A stretch of DNA of 64,000 nucleotides from contig NC_091470.1 in assembly GCF_036971445.1 (NCBI RefSeq), forward strand, positions 66,650,001-66,714,000. The letters run 5' to 3'. Source of the stretch: Narcine bancroftii. Lineage: Eukaryota. Made by a program: the position numbers and the translations under genes. Below, in pieces: positions 10,761 to 25,030 of the stretch. Each line of letters opens with the position of its first letter. Position 1 is the stretch's first letter. Under the pieces are notes generated by a model that made no database searches, was not told the DNA's origin, and saw only the letters and a program-made list of their open reading frames with translations.

Positions 10761-13700
10761 TTTTGCTTTTCATTTGCATCTGTGGCTTTCCACTTCCAAT
10801 TAATATTGGAGACCCCATTTTAGAAATTGTAACAGGGCAATCTTATTGATCGAAACTTCCAGAAAAGCCATGAATTGTGAAAACCAGCATAATATTGCTA
10901 ATGCATGATTAAAGGAGAAAAGAAAAAAAAAAATCTTTTGAAGTTGCAAGTGACCTGGTATCAGCAGTTTGAACAGTCCAATGTCAACTTTAGTAAACAT
11001 AACACATAATTTTTACTTCAACATACAATTCTTTGAGAAAATGCTCAGGAAGTGATTTTCAAAACCCATCTGCTGAATTATTGCCAGGAATCCAATTAAT
11101 TTATACAATTCTGACAGTATCTTACCAAAACACAACTACATGGTTATCTAATAAATGGAACAGCAACTAAATAAGCTTGAATAAATGCTGTGAAAATAAT
11201 TGATGTATGGTAACCATTTTGTGTCATATTTCTCCTACTTTTAAATTAGGACACTGCCTTACTTATTATTATTTTCTGAACGGATATGTTTAATTTCATG
11301 TACTGACCTGGAATACAATGATAATTACATTCAATGCATTGTCAATTGATTTGCTAGCCTTACAGTTTCTCCTTTATTTGAATTATCCATTTCTTAAGAA
11401 TCTCTGTACATGTATTTGATCTCACTAATAGGATTTTGCATTTCCTTGTAAAGTAGGACATCTTTTCAACTTTATTATTATTGCTTCTTCATTAGCACAT
11501 ACGCCGATAGGCAATTTTGAAAAAAAAAATAGGTTAAAAGTAACAAAATTATGGCCATGAAGCTCCTAGTAATTTGAAGTATCATGATTCATTAATTTTA
11601 CAGATTTAAAAGAGCAAAGGCTGAAATGAGATTGGATTAGGTATATCTTTGTACACATTTGTTCTAAGTACCCTAAAGGATTTCTTACTAAGTTCTGGAC
11701 TATATTATGTAAATTTAAATGCCTTTTTTTTTAGTGCCTTGCAGGCTTGATGATGTAATGATTTTTAAACATGACTGATTAAAATATCAAGTACCAAGGG
11801 CCTAAAGATTTGACCCTTCTCCTTTATAACGATAATTTGCAGCAAAACAATGCCAATTTCATTTGGAATAATCCTGAGCGTGAAATGGAGAGTGGACGTT
11901 TTATAACAGTGCAGCATTATTCATTTGAATTGAAAATGACAGTAACAAATTCAGGAAGTATAAATGTAACACTGCAATTTACCAAGCTTGTGTTTCTCTG
12001 ATCTGATGTTTACAGAACAAATGTAATAATTCTTGAAATTTTAAAAAAATTGCAAAATCGTAGTTTAAAAATGTTATCTAAATCGGGCAAAGTTGATTTT
12101 TAAATACATTTTTTTAAAAATGCACTGCTCATATTCTGGATATCAACCAAATCTGTCAAATGAATGAATCATTATACTTCAAATTAGTATGAGCTTCCAG
12201 GCCATAATTTTGCTACTTTTATCCTTTATTTTCCCAAATTTGCCTATGAGCTAATGAAGAAGCAATTATAATACAAAGTTGAAAAGATGTCCAACTTTAC
12301 AAGGAAATATAAAATCCTATTATAATGAAAATGAAAGGTAACACCTATCTTTGCCAGTGGTTTTCACATTTCAACCTTCCTGTTTAACTGAACATGTTTG
12401 CTTTCAAATTGACAAGGCAACACACTGCTGTGCACAGTTTTTGATTGTAGGATGTCAGAAGTTGAATTTGAGGAGCAAATTCAATTGTCTAATGTGTCTA
12501 AATATTTTCACTTAATGATTTGTATATTTTGTGTCTGAAATTCCTTGAAAATACGGCAGGAAATCCACAAAATGTGGTTCACGTGCACATTGCCTATGTG
12601 CTATGCCGTCGTTGATACAAATGGAAAGAGGAAAATATTCCATAATGCAAATAGAATATTGAACATAAGCAAGGCTTGTCTTTTCAGCTGCTACTTTAAT
12701 TTGAAAATTACCCATGCAATGTACCCGCTTGAACTGATTTTGTTTTTTTGTGTGTTCTAAATGTACTGAAGTGCTCCATTGCTACAGAAAGGGACATCCT
12801 TTCACTTTTGACTGTCCCACTGCTAATTAGTTTGGGAAGCTTAGCAGTGACATTTTCTGTACATGACTCCATTTATTAGGGAAAATAAATATAGAACCAG
12901 GAATGTTCAAAAACAAGTCAATGCTGATGTTTACAGTAACTCCTTTCATCTTTTTCAGTCAGCTGCTGGGTCATCTTGCTGATATAAATGGTGAAGAATG
13001 CACCCTGGCAGCTGTGATGGGAGCAATAAAGAGCAGAACGCGGCTACGAAGGTGAAGCTGAGTTTGCTGACAGGAATATGAAAGCGGTAAGTGACACCCT
13101 AGTCTGCAAAAGACAATATTTTTAATAGTTCAGGGCAGTCAGCTGCAGTTCAAGGCCACCGAGCAAGACGAAACACAACACTGAGGATGAAGTGAGAACA
13201 GACAGATCTAGAGCCTCACTGAATCATTTTCAAAAGCATTGTAGTAGAGTGATGCATATTTCTTATAAAGTGGCAAAAATGGAACGATGTAAATGGATTG
13301 CAGTTCTACTGAGTGGAGAAAAGTGGGAATTTAATACTATTAAATTGCAGTTCTTAATGTGGTGAACGTATCAAAAGGCTGTAAAATTTAAACAACTAAT
13401 TTTTCTTAGAACTGTCAAAACCACAGATTGTGTTTTAATCCACAGTGCATTAATGTAGTAAGAAGTGGTAAGGCAAGCAAATGGTGGTGAAGAGGTCCTA
13501 AAAAAAAAGGTGGTAACTGCACACAAAAACAGACATGTTCAATTAATAATGGAGGATCAACTTTAGGTTTCAAAGGGTCCCTCTGAAGTTTTAGTTCAGA
13601 TATGATGAAAAGAATTTTGATCTATATGCTGATTGGATGTGGCAAACCTGATATTATCTGCCATGCCTAGTTCTTCTCATTATTGAGCCCAGTATCATGG

Positions 13701-13949
13701 AAATATCTCATTCAAAGACCAAAGATATTTTTGACTGCTTCAGAATGAAGCAGGAAGGATACTCTGTGACAACCATGTCTGTTATTTGAAGTGGGTTAAA
13801 ATGGCCTGTGCTTATGGCAATGGATGACAGATGATGAAGTGCATTCTGTAGGTCAGCATGAATATGTCACATACTTCAATTGTGTTATTCTTACTGGACC
13901 TACAGCGAACACTGTGTACATAGGTGGGTGCATTGGACCTGTGATGTTC

Positions 13950-14556
13950 CTCCCGCACCACTGTTCGGGGCCCCAAACAGCCCTTCCAAGTGAAGCACCA
14001 CTTCACTTGTGAATGTGCAAGGGTCATCTACTGTATCCAGTGCTCCCATTGTGGTGGTCTCTGGGGTATCGCTTTGTTGAGCCCTTCAGCTCCGTCCGCT
14101 GCAATAGTGTGGATCTCCCAGAAGCCACCCATTTCAATTGCTGAGGTGTCTGGCCATTGTCTCGTGCACTGCCAGACTGAGGCCCCCCACAAGTTGGAGG
14201 AACAACACTTCATATTCTGACTGGGCACCCTCCAACTGGATGGCATGAACATCAACTCCGGTTTCTGTTGGACCCAATTCCCCCCCCTCCAATCAATGTC
14301 TGCTTTCCACCAGCTCTGTCTCTGTCTTCCCTTTTCACTCTGTCTCCTTTCACAGAGCCAAGATAAATTCTCAGCTTTTCTTCTCTCCTGTCCGATTATC
14401 ATGTCAATTAACACCCTTTGTTGGTCCCATTCTTTCCTTTTCTCCAGCTTTTAACACAAACACCTGTCTCTTTTCTTACTCAGGCTCAAAACATTAGTAA
14501 TATATCTCTACCTCCTATGAGACCAGCTGAGTTCCTGCAGTATCTCTGTTTTTAAC
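13950..14556 (+). mobile_element. Penelope-like element 3' fragment (GIY-YIG endonuclease plus terminal repeat)
   Basis: GPKQPFQVKHHFTCECARVIYCIQCSHCG...KLEEQHFIF is the GIY-YIG N-terminal half with the YIG segment deleted. A pyrimidine-rich tail and terminal repeat follow. Confidence 0.8.
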
Positions 14557-16720
14557 TCTGTCCATTCTTCTGACTTGCCTCCACCTCCACTAACCATAAC
14601 AAGGATCTGAAAAATCTTTAGTGTTGATTTAAAGAAATCTTCATCATTTTGTTCTGTGGCTAATTTTCAATATTGATTGGGTCGTCCTTTTGGAGCAAAG
14701 ACTTATATGGGACAGAATTTAACTTTATGCATTTACCACCCTAAGCGTACAGTTCCACTGCCCTGAACATTTAATCCCTCCACTCTAAGCATTCAATCCC
14801 TCGACCACCCAGCAGCAGCAGTGTGAACCTTTATAAAATTAATTGCACTTACTTGCAAATACAACTCTAACAGCACGTTCCAAACCTGTAATCTCTGTCA
14901 ACAGCTCTGTGAATCTTCAGATTCCCCTTCAAGTCACACAGTGTCATGACTTGGAAATATATTGGCACTCTCAGAAAGATGTTCAGTTTAAATCTTGGAA
15001 CTACCAACTTTATGACATTGTAAGAGGCAGATATCAGAAAAATTCCAACTGTAAAAGAAGGAGGCTCACCACAGACTTCTGGGGATCAATTAGCAATGAA
15101 TGCTGGCTGCAAGTGATGTTCAGATCCAGAAAATGAACGGGAAAAAAAATCAAGGAATAATTCATCCACGGATTAACCAAATAGCAGAATAACAGCAGTT
15201 GAAGTACCTTGGAGGTTTGTTGGACTGGAGGCAACTACGGAGAAGGGGCAAGATAATGGAGGGACTTGAAATGGACCAAAACTGAAATTTTCATTTGGAT
15301 CTCATGAAAGGCCAATAGTCAGAAAACAGACAAGAGTAGAAAATGAGAAAAAGCAAAAACTAATATTTGGGGACAGCCAATTTGTTTTTTTTTTACTTCA
15401 AAATGTTGGACGAAAGAAAGAAAAGCTAAAGAGTTGAGCCTGGCAGGATCCAGGTTCTAGACTAGGTTGCCTTAGAGCACAAGTCAGGTTTAAAGAGTTT
15501 GGGCTTGAAATGTTAGCCATTCTCTTTCTCCTGTCGAGTTCCTCCAGCATTTTGCGCTTGGCTTCAGGTTCCAGCATCTGCAGTCTCCTGCTGTTTTGAC
15601 TTCCACATTGCAGATAAAGGAGGATGGAAATGTGGATATTCCTGCAAAGCGAACAACTTGATATCTGCCAAACCTGAAATAATTATTTGCTTTGAATGCA
15701 GAGATTGTTCTGTTAAAATTAACTTTTAATAAAATATGTTTTTAACTGTAATAGACTGGTCTCTTCTGTTTTACAATTGAAGCTTTGCTCAAATAAGTGC
15801 AATTCTGAAATAATCTGTTATTGTGGATTGGAAGAAGTGTTGGTTTCTATGGTGGAATGGTAAATTAATTGTGTCATTTTGGCAAAGTGGTTCTCAAGTC
15901 CGACATATTTTACATTTTAGAAGGTGCATAAGACATTCTCCATTGCATTATTTCAAATATCAAAAGAAAATGTCAATGGAGATATTTCAGCTGAAAGAAT
16001 GAAAGTCAATGGTACCTGTGAACTGAATTGGGTTAATGCTACAATGAATTAGATAACATTGGCACAACTATTGATTAAGATTAATTGTTACTGCATTGTT
16101 ATTTTACCAAATAAACAGGAATGTAATTCTGGAGTATTTGACTAAAGTATTAAGTGAGAAATGACACATAGCTGCACTTTTGGCTGACTTCAAAGTAACA
16201 GAAAAATCTCCATTTGAATAAGTGGAGGCTGATAATGGAACAGTGAAAATGTTGGTCTGACCCTGAAGGGTTTTCATTAGGTAAATTTGTCAAGCAACAT
16301 AGATCTAAACAGAAAAATGCATTAAACATGCAGATGTGCCCTCATCTAATTGAATCTCCTTCTTTTATTTCAGGTGTTCATTTGTCTCTAAACCCTTCTT
16401 TTCAACAAAGTTTCTGTGCTCTCTTCTAACTTTCTCTTTGAGGCTCATGTCATTCTTTGGTCTGATTTATTTTTATCCATACTTGAAAATATTCTCTACA
16501 TTGATGGTACTACCTGCATGTTAATTATTCTTTCTGAGCTGCTGGTCTTTGATTCTTACATTGGATCACAGCATTCACCATTCCATGCTCAAGATTTGAA
16601 TTTTTATCTAGTCTTTGAAGTTGATGAAGTTAGTGCTACAAAGAAAGGTTGTGTGAGTAAATAATAGTTTGGGATGCGTGGAGTCTCATAGGAGGATAGA
16701 AAGAAGACTCCTGCACAAAT

Positions 16721-17582
16721 CTGCTTTACTCGTTATACACCCATGACTGTGTGGTCAGGCTCAATTCCAATGCTATCTACAAGTTTGTCGATGACACCAC
16801 AGTTGTTGGCAGAATCACAATCGGTAATGAAGAAGCGTACAGGAGGGAGATATATCAGCTCTTTGAGTGGTGTCACGTCAATAACCTTTCACTCAATGTT
16901 AGCAAAACCAAGGAGATGATTGTGGCCTTCAAGAAGGAGTCAAGGGTACACGACCCAGTCCTCAGAGAGACTCAGTCATGGAGAGGGTCAAGAACTTCAA
17001 ATTCCTGGTTGTTAACATCTCCGATGATCTGTTCTGAAGCCTCCACATTGATGCAAACTTAAAGAAGGCTCGCCAGTGGCTATACTTTGTGAGGTGTCTG
17101 AGGACGTTTGGTACACCACCAAAAATTCTCAAAAACTTCTACAGGTGTACCATGGAGAGCATTCTAGCTGGTTGCATCACTGCCTGGTATGGAGGCACCA
17201 AGAAGAAACTCCAGACGTTACAGGCACCAGACTTCACTCTATCGAGGACACCTAGATGAGGCAGTGTCTTAAAAAAAAAACAGCCTCTATCCTCAAAGAC
17301 CCCCACCACCCAGGCCATGGCTTCTTCACTCTGTTGCCATCAGAAAAAATGTACAGGAGCATAAAGACAAGCAATCAACAGCAGAAGGACAGCTTCTTCC
17401 GCACTGCCATCAGATTCCTGAATAATCAATGAACCAAAGACACTGCCTTTCTCTTCATGCATTATTATTTTTTTATTTTTAATTATAATAATGTTTAAGA
17501 TGGTTATTATATGAACATTTTCACTATTGATGCTTCTGCAAAGCACCAAATTTCATGACTTGTTCATGAAAATAAATTCTGA
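16721..17582 (+). mobile_element. Rex1/Babar-like LINE 3' fragment
   Basis: LLYSLYTHDC...IYKFVDDTTVVGRI...NNLSLNVSKTKEMIV. The 3' end is AATAAATTCTGA. Confidence 0.88.
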
Positions 17583-17894
17583 TGGAATAGGCCAAGTGAT
17601 CATTGTTGTAATTAAAGTTGTTGTTCCAACTAAAAAGGAACGCCTCCTGTGAAGTGTTACGGTTATATTATTGGATCAGCATTTTTTTATGTGGATTGTT
17701 CATCTGGAGACAAGAGTATAACTAGGAAATTACCTTTCAGTAATTAAATAGCTCTGAAACAGGAAGCTAGTATCAGTGGGAGTGATGATAAAATTATTGT
17801 GGTTTAAACTCATGGTTGAATAAAGTCCTGCAGGGAAGGAAATCTACTTTGCCAGGTGTATATGTGATTCCAGACACACCAATCTGATTGAGGA

Positions 17895-18060
17895 AACAGA
17901 ATTAACATTTCAGGTTGAAGATCCTTTTCCAGAAGTGGGAAGGAGCCTTTTCTGTTCTATGAAGGATCATGAACCTGAAACATGAACTGTCAGATGCTGC
18001 CTGACCTGCTGAGGGGCTCCCAGCATTTTCTATTTTTATTTCAGATTAGCGGCATCTGTA
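17895..18060. mobile_element. Inverted pair of Penelope-like terminal-repeat remnants
   Basis: AACATTTCAGGTTGAAGATCCTT (minus) faces AAGGATCATGAACCTGAAACATG (plus), followed by GATGCTGCCTGACCTGCTGAG. Confidence 0.6.
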
Positions 18061-19840
18061 ATGCTTTATTTAGAGCTCTTTCAACCTCATTGCTTCTTGG
18101 ATGCTGCGTATTTCAGGATAACTGGGATGCGCAATAAATGCTGGTTTTTACCAGTGATGTCCATGTTTCAGTGACAAATAAATGACAAAGACTTCCTTCA
18201 GGCAACACTTGGCAAACATTTCCTCATTCATCCTGTCATCCTGAGCTGTCCTGCCATCTCTTTAAAGGTATCAAGCTTGCCTGATCTGCAGGAAGGCTAC
18301 ACTGCCAAACATAGATAAGAGCCTTCTTTTGAAGTAGCACTACTTCTAGCATCTCTCTAGAAGCACAACTCTCTTTTGGACAACTTCCACCTTTATTTTT
18401 GATGCAGTGTTTGCAGTATTTCTGTAGATAAAATCAAACTGATAAGTTTGTATCCAATAGTTCAAGACATGAGTAATTCTTCACAGGTGAGTGCATCTCT
18501 CCTCTACTCTGGTCCTGGATGCTCACCTACTGACAGTGGACATCACAAAATGAACCTTTTATGTTTTGTCTGATAAGATCAAAGTTTGTGGAGATTGTAC
18601 AGAATTTCTACATGCACTTCTAATAGGTGAAGCACTGGGAGAGGACTCAGAAGCAGAACATTTCCTCTTTTATCGCTTGCTTTCTCAGATGGCTATCCCT
18701 GAAAAATGCTGGTTTGTTTTGAACTCCTGACTGCACATCCTCCCAGCTCTTGAATTGGAGTTCCTGTCTTCATCAGCCAAAAGACAAAGAGCTACTTTGA
18801 CAGTTCTTGTCTCGTGTTTAGCTTCTGCACATTCTTTATATCTCACTATCTATCTCCGTCTACCTCTTTCTCACTAGTTCTAGCTCCTTTAAATAGTACC
18901 TTTGTATGTTTGGAATTTGGTTCTCCCAGGGACTCTGGCACTGTTGTGCATTGCATGGCACACCACAATCCATGCTACTTCTCTAGCTGCTACTTACTTC
19001 AGTATCATTTTCTTGTACAGTGAGAAGAGATTTCGTTGCACTTCCAGAGAACAAAAAGGCGATGGCTGGATCTATATGCAAAACTATCAACCATCAACTA
19101 AAAGGTAGGCTTAAATTATTGGAACTCTTTTGTCAAATGGATGTTGAGAGATGATTATGCTAAATGGAATGCGTGCCATCAATGCTGAACAAAAATCTGG
19201 TTGCATTTCAATGAGATTCTGGGTTTCCTGGGTTGGACCCATTGAGCTGCATAGCACATGGGAGGTGCTCCTGTTTATTGAACAAATGAGACATCACGGA
19301 TGGACTCCCAGAACTGCTAACGCAACAGTCCATAAAGACCCAAAACTGCTGGAGGAATTCAGCATCTGTAGGATGTAAAGAAACATAACCAACATTTTGG
19401 GTCTAAATTGGTGTTGAAGCCATTTTTAAAATGATACAAATTCTGAAATGTTAATTTTTCTCCTTGCATTGTCTGAAATGTATTTTGCTCTGAAAATGTT
19501 TATTATTGCCAATTTTACTTGTTGTCAGCTCAGACTATTGCCGAAAAGTTGTTGTTGTTTCAATGCTGGTTCTGTCATCTCAGGATTAGACGATCAAAGG
19601 TTTAAGCCCATTTCTTGAGTGAAAAATCTTTCTAGTGTAGCACTGAGACAATGCTGCACCATCAATTCAAATGCTAAACCACCTCAGAGGAGTGTAAAAA
19701 TAAATCAGGACATTGATCCTGGCCAATACTGAACACTCAAAGAAAATTGTGTCAAATCTGTTATGATTTAACATTTGTGGAACCTTGCTCTGAGGAAATA
19801 AGCAACAATTTGCACCATCTAACAACATTTGCAGGTTTTG

Positions 19841-20475
19841 GTGGCTAGATTAGCAGGGCAGTTAGCTCAATGTGATTACAGGACCAGTGACCCATTGGTG
19901 ATCCCCAGGGATCCCTGTTGTGTCCACTGGCTGATGGTGACTTGTGGTGAAGCCAGGGGTCAATGATGTGGTGAAGGAAGTGTGGTGTGAGGGTGCGTGG
20001 TGAGAGGTCGTGTGGTGGGAGGGAGTCTGGTGCGAGGGTTTGTGTGAGAAGGAGTTTGGTGGTTTGTGGTGGGAGGACGTGTGGTGGGAGGGCGAGTGGA
20101 GCGAGGGAATGTGGAGTGCGGAGAAGGGTGTGTGGTGGGAGGGACTGTGGTGGGAGAGCATGTGGTGCGAGGGAGTGTGGGAGAAGGAGTGTGATGAAGG
20201 GAGTGTGGTGCGAGGGAGTATGCGAGAAGGAGTTTGGTGGAGGAAGAGTGTTTAGCACAATGTGATTACAGGACCAGTGACCCAGGTTTGAATTCACTGC
20301 TCTCTATAATGAGTTTATTCACCCTCCCCCGTATCTGCATGGGTTTCTTCTAGGTACTCGGGTTTCCTACCACATTCCAAAGATGCACAGGGTTAGTGGG
20401 TTAACTGGTCACATGGTTGTATTTAGGCAGCACTGGCTCATAGGGCCTGTAACTGTGCTGCATCTCAAATTAAAG
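19841..20475 (+). mobile_element. tRNA-derived V-SINE (HE1-like) interrupted by a G-rich repeat
   Basis: B-box-like GGTTTGAATTC near 20286 and V-domain CTCCCCCGTATCTGCATGGGTTTCTTCTAGGTACTCGGGTTTCCTACCACATTCCAAAGA. Homologous to 34381-34640. Confidence 0.75.
19965..20251 (+). repeat. G-rich degenerate minisatellite (TGTGGTGGGAGGGAG-like, ~15-bp unit)
   Basis: Directly visible. Confidence 0.85.
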
Positions 20476-23400
20476 TTTAAAAATCAAAGTAATTCTTCTT
20501 TCATGGCTATGTTGCACCAGAGAGCCTTCTTGGGGCCAGGAAATGTGTAATTAATCCAAGTATTTCTTTATTTTATGTTCACTCCTTGAGTAACCTATTC
20601 ATTTCACAAAATTCACTGGAAATCAAGCAACCCCTTGACGAGGTGAAGCTGCATCCAAATCGCTCAGTTTTCCCTTTTGTTACTCTTCTAACTTTGCTTG
20701 TATGATTCCATTCAAAACTCTTGAATATTGGATTTCATTGAAAGATTCCCACCATCAATTCTTTTCATTGAAAAGGTTTTATTTATAACATGTAAGCATA
20801 AGATGTCAGGAAACATATAATTGAATGTATGAGTGAAATGAAGGAGTTGTAGATCTCACATTACTGGGATTAGAAGAACGCTGAACACGATCACTAAAGA
20901 CTAGTGCAAGAACCCTAGTACAGTATTTAAAATTTATAGTGGAAACCCATTTGATCAGGAACATATTTTGAGGGAAACCGTTTATTCACAAAATAAACAA
21001 AATGTTACAATATTCGGTTAAATATTCCTAGAGAAGACAAGTGGAACTTCCTGTGTCTTGTGTAGGAAAGGACAAATTACCCATTAAATACATTCCCTCT
21101 ACCTTTTGAGATCTGTCAAAGGCATTCAAATGATGCTAGCGTTGGATCAAATGACTACACTGGCCGAATGTTCAATGGAGTTGCAAGACTACAGACATCT
21201 TTTAACTGCAATATTTGACATAATCTTGCATCAACACTTGAAAAGGTTTTCTTTTGCTTTTTATTTGATTATTCTGAATAACAATACATTTTCTGAATTG
21301 TAATGAGAGAATTTTCTGAATTTTAGATGATTTTTAAATTTTTAAAATGACAAATAATGATGGAGTAATGAAAGTGTGATAGTCTGTAACTCTAGACCAC
21401 AAAGCTCTCTGAATATTTTCATCACGAATGAGGAAATAGTTGGAACACATCCATCGGATTGTGTGCTAATCTGTTCCTTTCATGGACATTGTTTGGCTGG
21501 TGATTAAGTTTATTCTTGGACACTGAAATATTTGGCAATGTTTCTCGTACGTATGCAAACTCGTTTTCATTTGCATTATCAAGAAATGTCACTGCTTTTG
21601 GAAATATCTTTAACGCTATCAGGGTAGCTTGTTAATTGTTTTTGGTGTTGAACAATTACTGTTCCTCTGGAAGGGTTAAACAACCATAAATACAAAAAAA
21701 ACTTGCATGTAGATAACAAGCAAATTAAAGATGATGCAAAACATGCGAGAAGCAAGATAACCAGAATTCTACTCTTTGAACGCTAACAGATCACTTGGGT
21801 TCCTGGATAACAGATGTGCTTGACTGCTGTGTCGGCTCCTTCAGTGTCAACAGATGATCGCAGTCACCAATCAGAGCTTACCTTATGCAGAAAATTCTAA
21901 TTAAAGCAGATTCATTCAAGATGATCCAACTGGAATGACATCCATGGCAAAATGGAATTTTTTTTTTACATTCTAAACAAGCATAGCCGTAGCTCAAAGC
22001 TGCACAAACAATGATACAGTGAGGGCTTTAAACACTTAAAAGATATGTTCCCAGCATCTAGTAACGCAGAAGTCTACTGCAAATATTAAAGTGCATCCTA
22101 TCATGGCATATTATACATGGCTGACGAGATACATTACATCTGGAGAAATACAATGTTATATGAATTTAACCCTCTCATCACTTATTAACAAGAGTTTAGG
22201 AATACTGTAATTCCTATTTCCTTACAAGATTTATTACTCCACTGTCACTTTTTAAAAATTGCTTATACCTCTACTCTAAACATTGCTCAGGTGACTTATG
22301 CTATGATGATGAAATTTCTTTATGATCTGTGTTGCCTCTTACAAAGGTACTTTATAACCTGTTGTATTTTGATATTTGCCTAAAATTAAAGGCACTCTTT
22401 ATGGAAACTCCCCCACAAACTTACTTTTTCTGATGTACAAAAGGCCACTCTTTAATTAGAATGAGGTGGTGATTTCGGCAACATTGATACTTACAACATC
22501 CTATTTTCTGCCCTTACACCTCAATGTTATTTAGTTTACAATAACTACCTGTTTAATCTTCATGCTGTTTTTTCTTTAAAAAAAATGTAATATTTGTAGA
22601 TGGATGTTTTTGACGTATAATAAAATGTACAAACCTGATCACATCTGTGGAATATATTTGCTTAGAAGTAAATTGATAAAAGTTGAAATGTTAGGAAAAT
22701 ATAATAAACATTTTTCCCTCTGTGCTCAAATATGTTTGGAAGATTGGCCTGTGCTTCCTGGAGAGCTGCCAGCTTTTTGACAGGGCTTCCCTGACAGCAG
22801 TTTTAGATTCATGTCCAGGATTTAAGCTTTCTGTTGGCTCAAGGTAACGTAGGGATCCCTTAGAGGGGCATCTTGTCAGCAAGCTCAGATTCTTGCACCC
22901 TAAGCAGCATCTCTCAGTCACAAATAAAACTCTTTGCCCCTTGCCCTCTCTGTGATTGACAGCCTTGAGATTCAGGTCTCTATTGGCTGGACTTGTACGA
23001 ACCCAAACAACAAGTTCATTATATGCTAGTATCTGGCTGTGTAGTTCGGCAGGCCTGTCAGTTGTACTTACAGAGCTTGAGACAGTGAGGGGGGATAACG
23101 GGACAGAAGGCTATAATATTAGCCAACAAATTGGCTGTCATCCATTTGCAGGTGGGGGTGTTCTCTCGTGGCTGCCTGAAATGTTTCCCACAGGCTTTAT
23201 GGATGCCATTCAGACGTACTGGCATAATTAATATATTTCCATTAACAGAGGTGACAATATTATTGCTATGTAAAGTTAAAAGCAAATAATTCTTTTTGAA
23301 CAAGTAATCTGATCATTTGCCCTTTGTAGGTGAATAAAGGAACCAGGTAGGTTCAAAACATATCAATTGCTATTCCATATTATTAAATTCCACTCAACAA

Positions 23401-23702
23401 CCTGTTATAAATGTGTTTTCATCAAGGTTCCCACATATCCAATAAACAACGCTTTGAATCAGATCATTGTTTATTGTTTTCTCATTATTTTTATAAATCT
23501 TTGACCTACCAGCAAACAACAGAATTAGCATTACAAAGCAGTCAGAATTCCTCACATGTTAATCTGTACTGTACTCATCACTTTGTGGCAGGTAAATGAA
23601 TCGAACTGACATTCAAATAAATTGCTTATTTTTCTAAACATCTCGCACTATCAATTCTGATCAATAAATTTGCACAACTTCTCGATGATCATTCATGAAG
23701 AT

Positions 23703-25030
23703 TTCTTTGGCTTGGCTTCGCGGACGAAGATTTATGAAGGGGGTAACTGTTCACGTCAGCTGCAGGCTCGTTTGTGGCTGACAAGTCCGATGCGGGACAG
23801 GCAGACACGGTTGCAGCGGTTGCAGGGGAAAATTGGTTGGTTGGGGTTGGGTGTTGGGTTTTTCCTCCTTTGTCTTTTGTCAGTGAGGTGGGCTCTGCGG
23901 TCTTCTTCCAAGGAGGTTGCTGCCCGCCGAACTGTGAGGCGCCAAGATGCACGGTTTGAGGCGATATCAGCCCACTGGCAGTGGTCAATGTGGCAGGCCC
24001 CAAGAGATTTCTTTAGGCAGTCCTTGTACCTCTTTTTTGAAGCACTTCTGTCACGGTGGCCAGTGGAGAGCTCGCCATATAACACGATCTTGGGAAGGCG
24101 ATGGTCCTCCATTCTGGAGACGTGACCTACCCAGCGCAGTTGGATCTTCAGCAGCATGGATTCGATGCTGTCGGCCTCTGCCATCTCTAGTCCTTCAATG
24201 TTAGGGATGAAGTCGCTCCAATGAATGTTGAGGATGGAGCAGAGACAATGCTGGTGGAAGCGTTCTAGGAGCCGTAGGTGATGCCGGTAGAGGACCCATG
24301 ATTCGGAGCCGAACAGGAGTGTGGGTATGACAACAGCTCTGTATACGCTTATCTTTGTGAGGTTTTTCAGTTGGTTGTTTTTCCAGACTCTTTTGTGTAG
24401 TCTTCCAAAGGCGCTATTTGCCTTGGTGAGTCTGTTGTCTATCTCGTTGTCGATCCTTGCATCTGATGAAATGGTGCAGCCGAGATAGGTAAACTAGTTG
24501 ACCGTTTTGAGTTTTGTGTGCCCGATGGAGATGTGGGGGGCTGGTAGTCATGGTGGGGAGCTGGCTGATGGAGGACCTCAGTTTCCTTCAGGCTGACTTC
24601 CAGGCCAAACATTTTGGCAGTTTCCGCAAAACAGGACGTCAAGTGCTGAAGAGTTGGCTCTGAATGGGCAACTAAAGCGGCATCGTCTGCAAAGAGTAGT
24701 TCACGGACAAGTTGCTCTTGTGTCTTGGTGTGAGCTTGCAGGCGCCTCAGATTGAAGAGACTGCCATCCGTGCGGTACCGGATATAAACAGCGTCTTCAT
24801 TGTTGAGGTCTTTCATGACTTGGTTCAGCATCATGCTGAAGAAGATTGAAAAGAGGGTTGGTGCGAGAACGCAGCCTTGCTTCACGCCATTGTTAATGGA
24901 GAAGGATTCAGAGAGCTCATTGCTGTATCTGACCCGACCTTGTTGGTTTTCGTGCAGTTGGATAACCATGTTGAGGAACTTTGGGGGGCATCCAATGCGC
25001 TGTAGTATTTGCCAAAGTCCTTTCCTGCTA
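23703..25030 (-). mobile_element. RTE/BovB-like LINE, 5'-truncated
   Basis: ORFs 24439..24969 and 23756..24184 are nearly identical to the copy at 4943-6701. The 3' end TTGGCTTGGCTTCGCGGACGAAG lies at ~23707. Confidence 0.93.

Noticed and set aside
19845-20297. Pro/His-rich and Gly/Cys/Trp-rich ORFs
   Set aside because: They arise from the G-rich low-complexity repeat, which is open in several frames.
23670-24204. Antisense ORF recurring in several places (RDRQ.RLQ.LQGKIGWLG...)
   Set aside because: It recurs only because the RTE copies are young and near-identical. There is no independent sign of coding selection.
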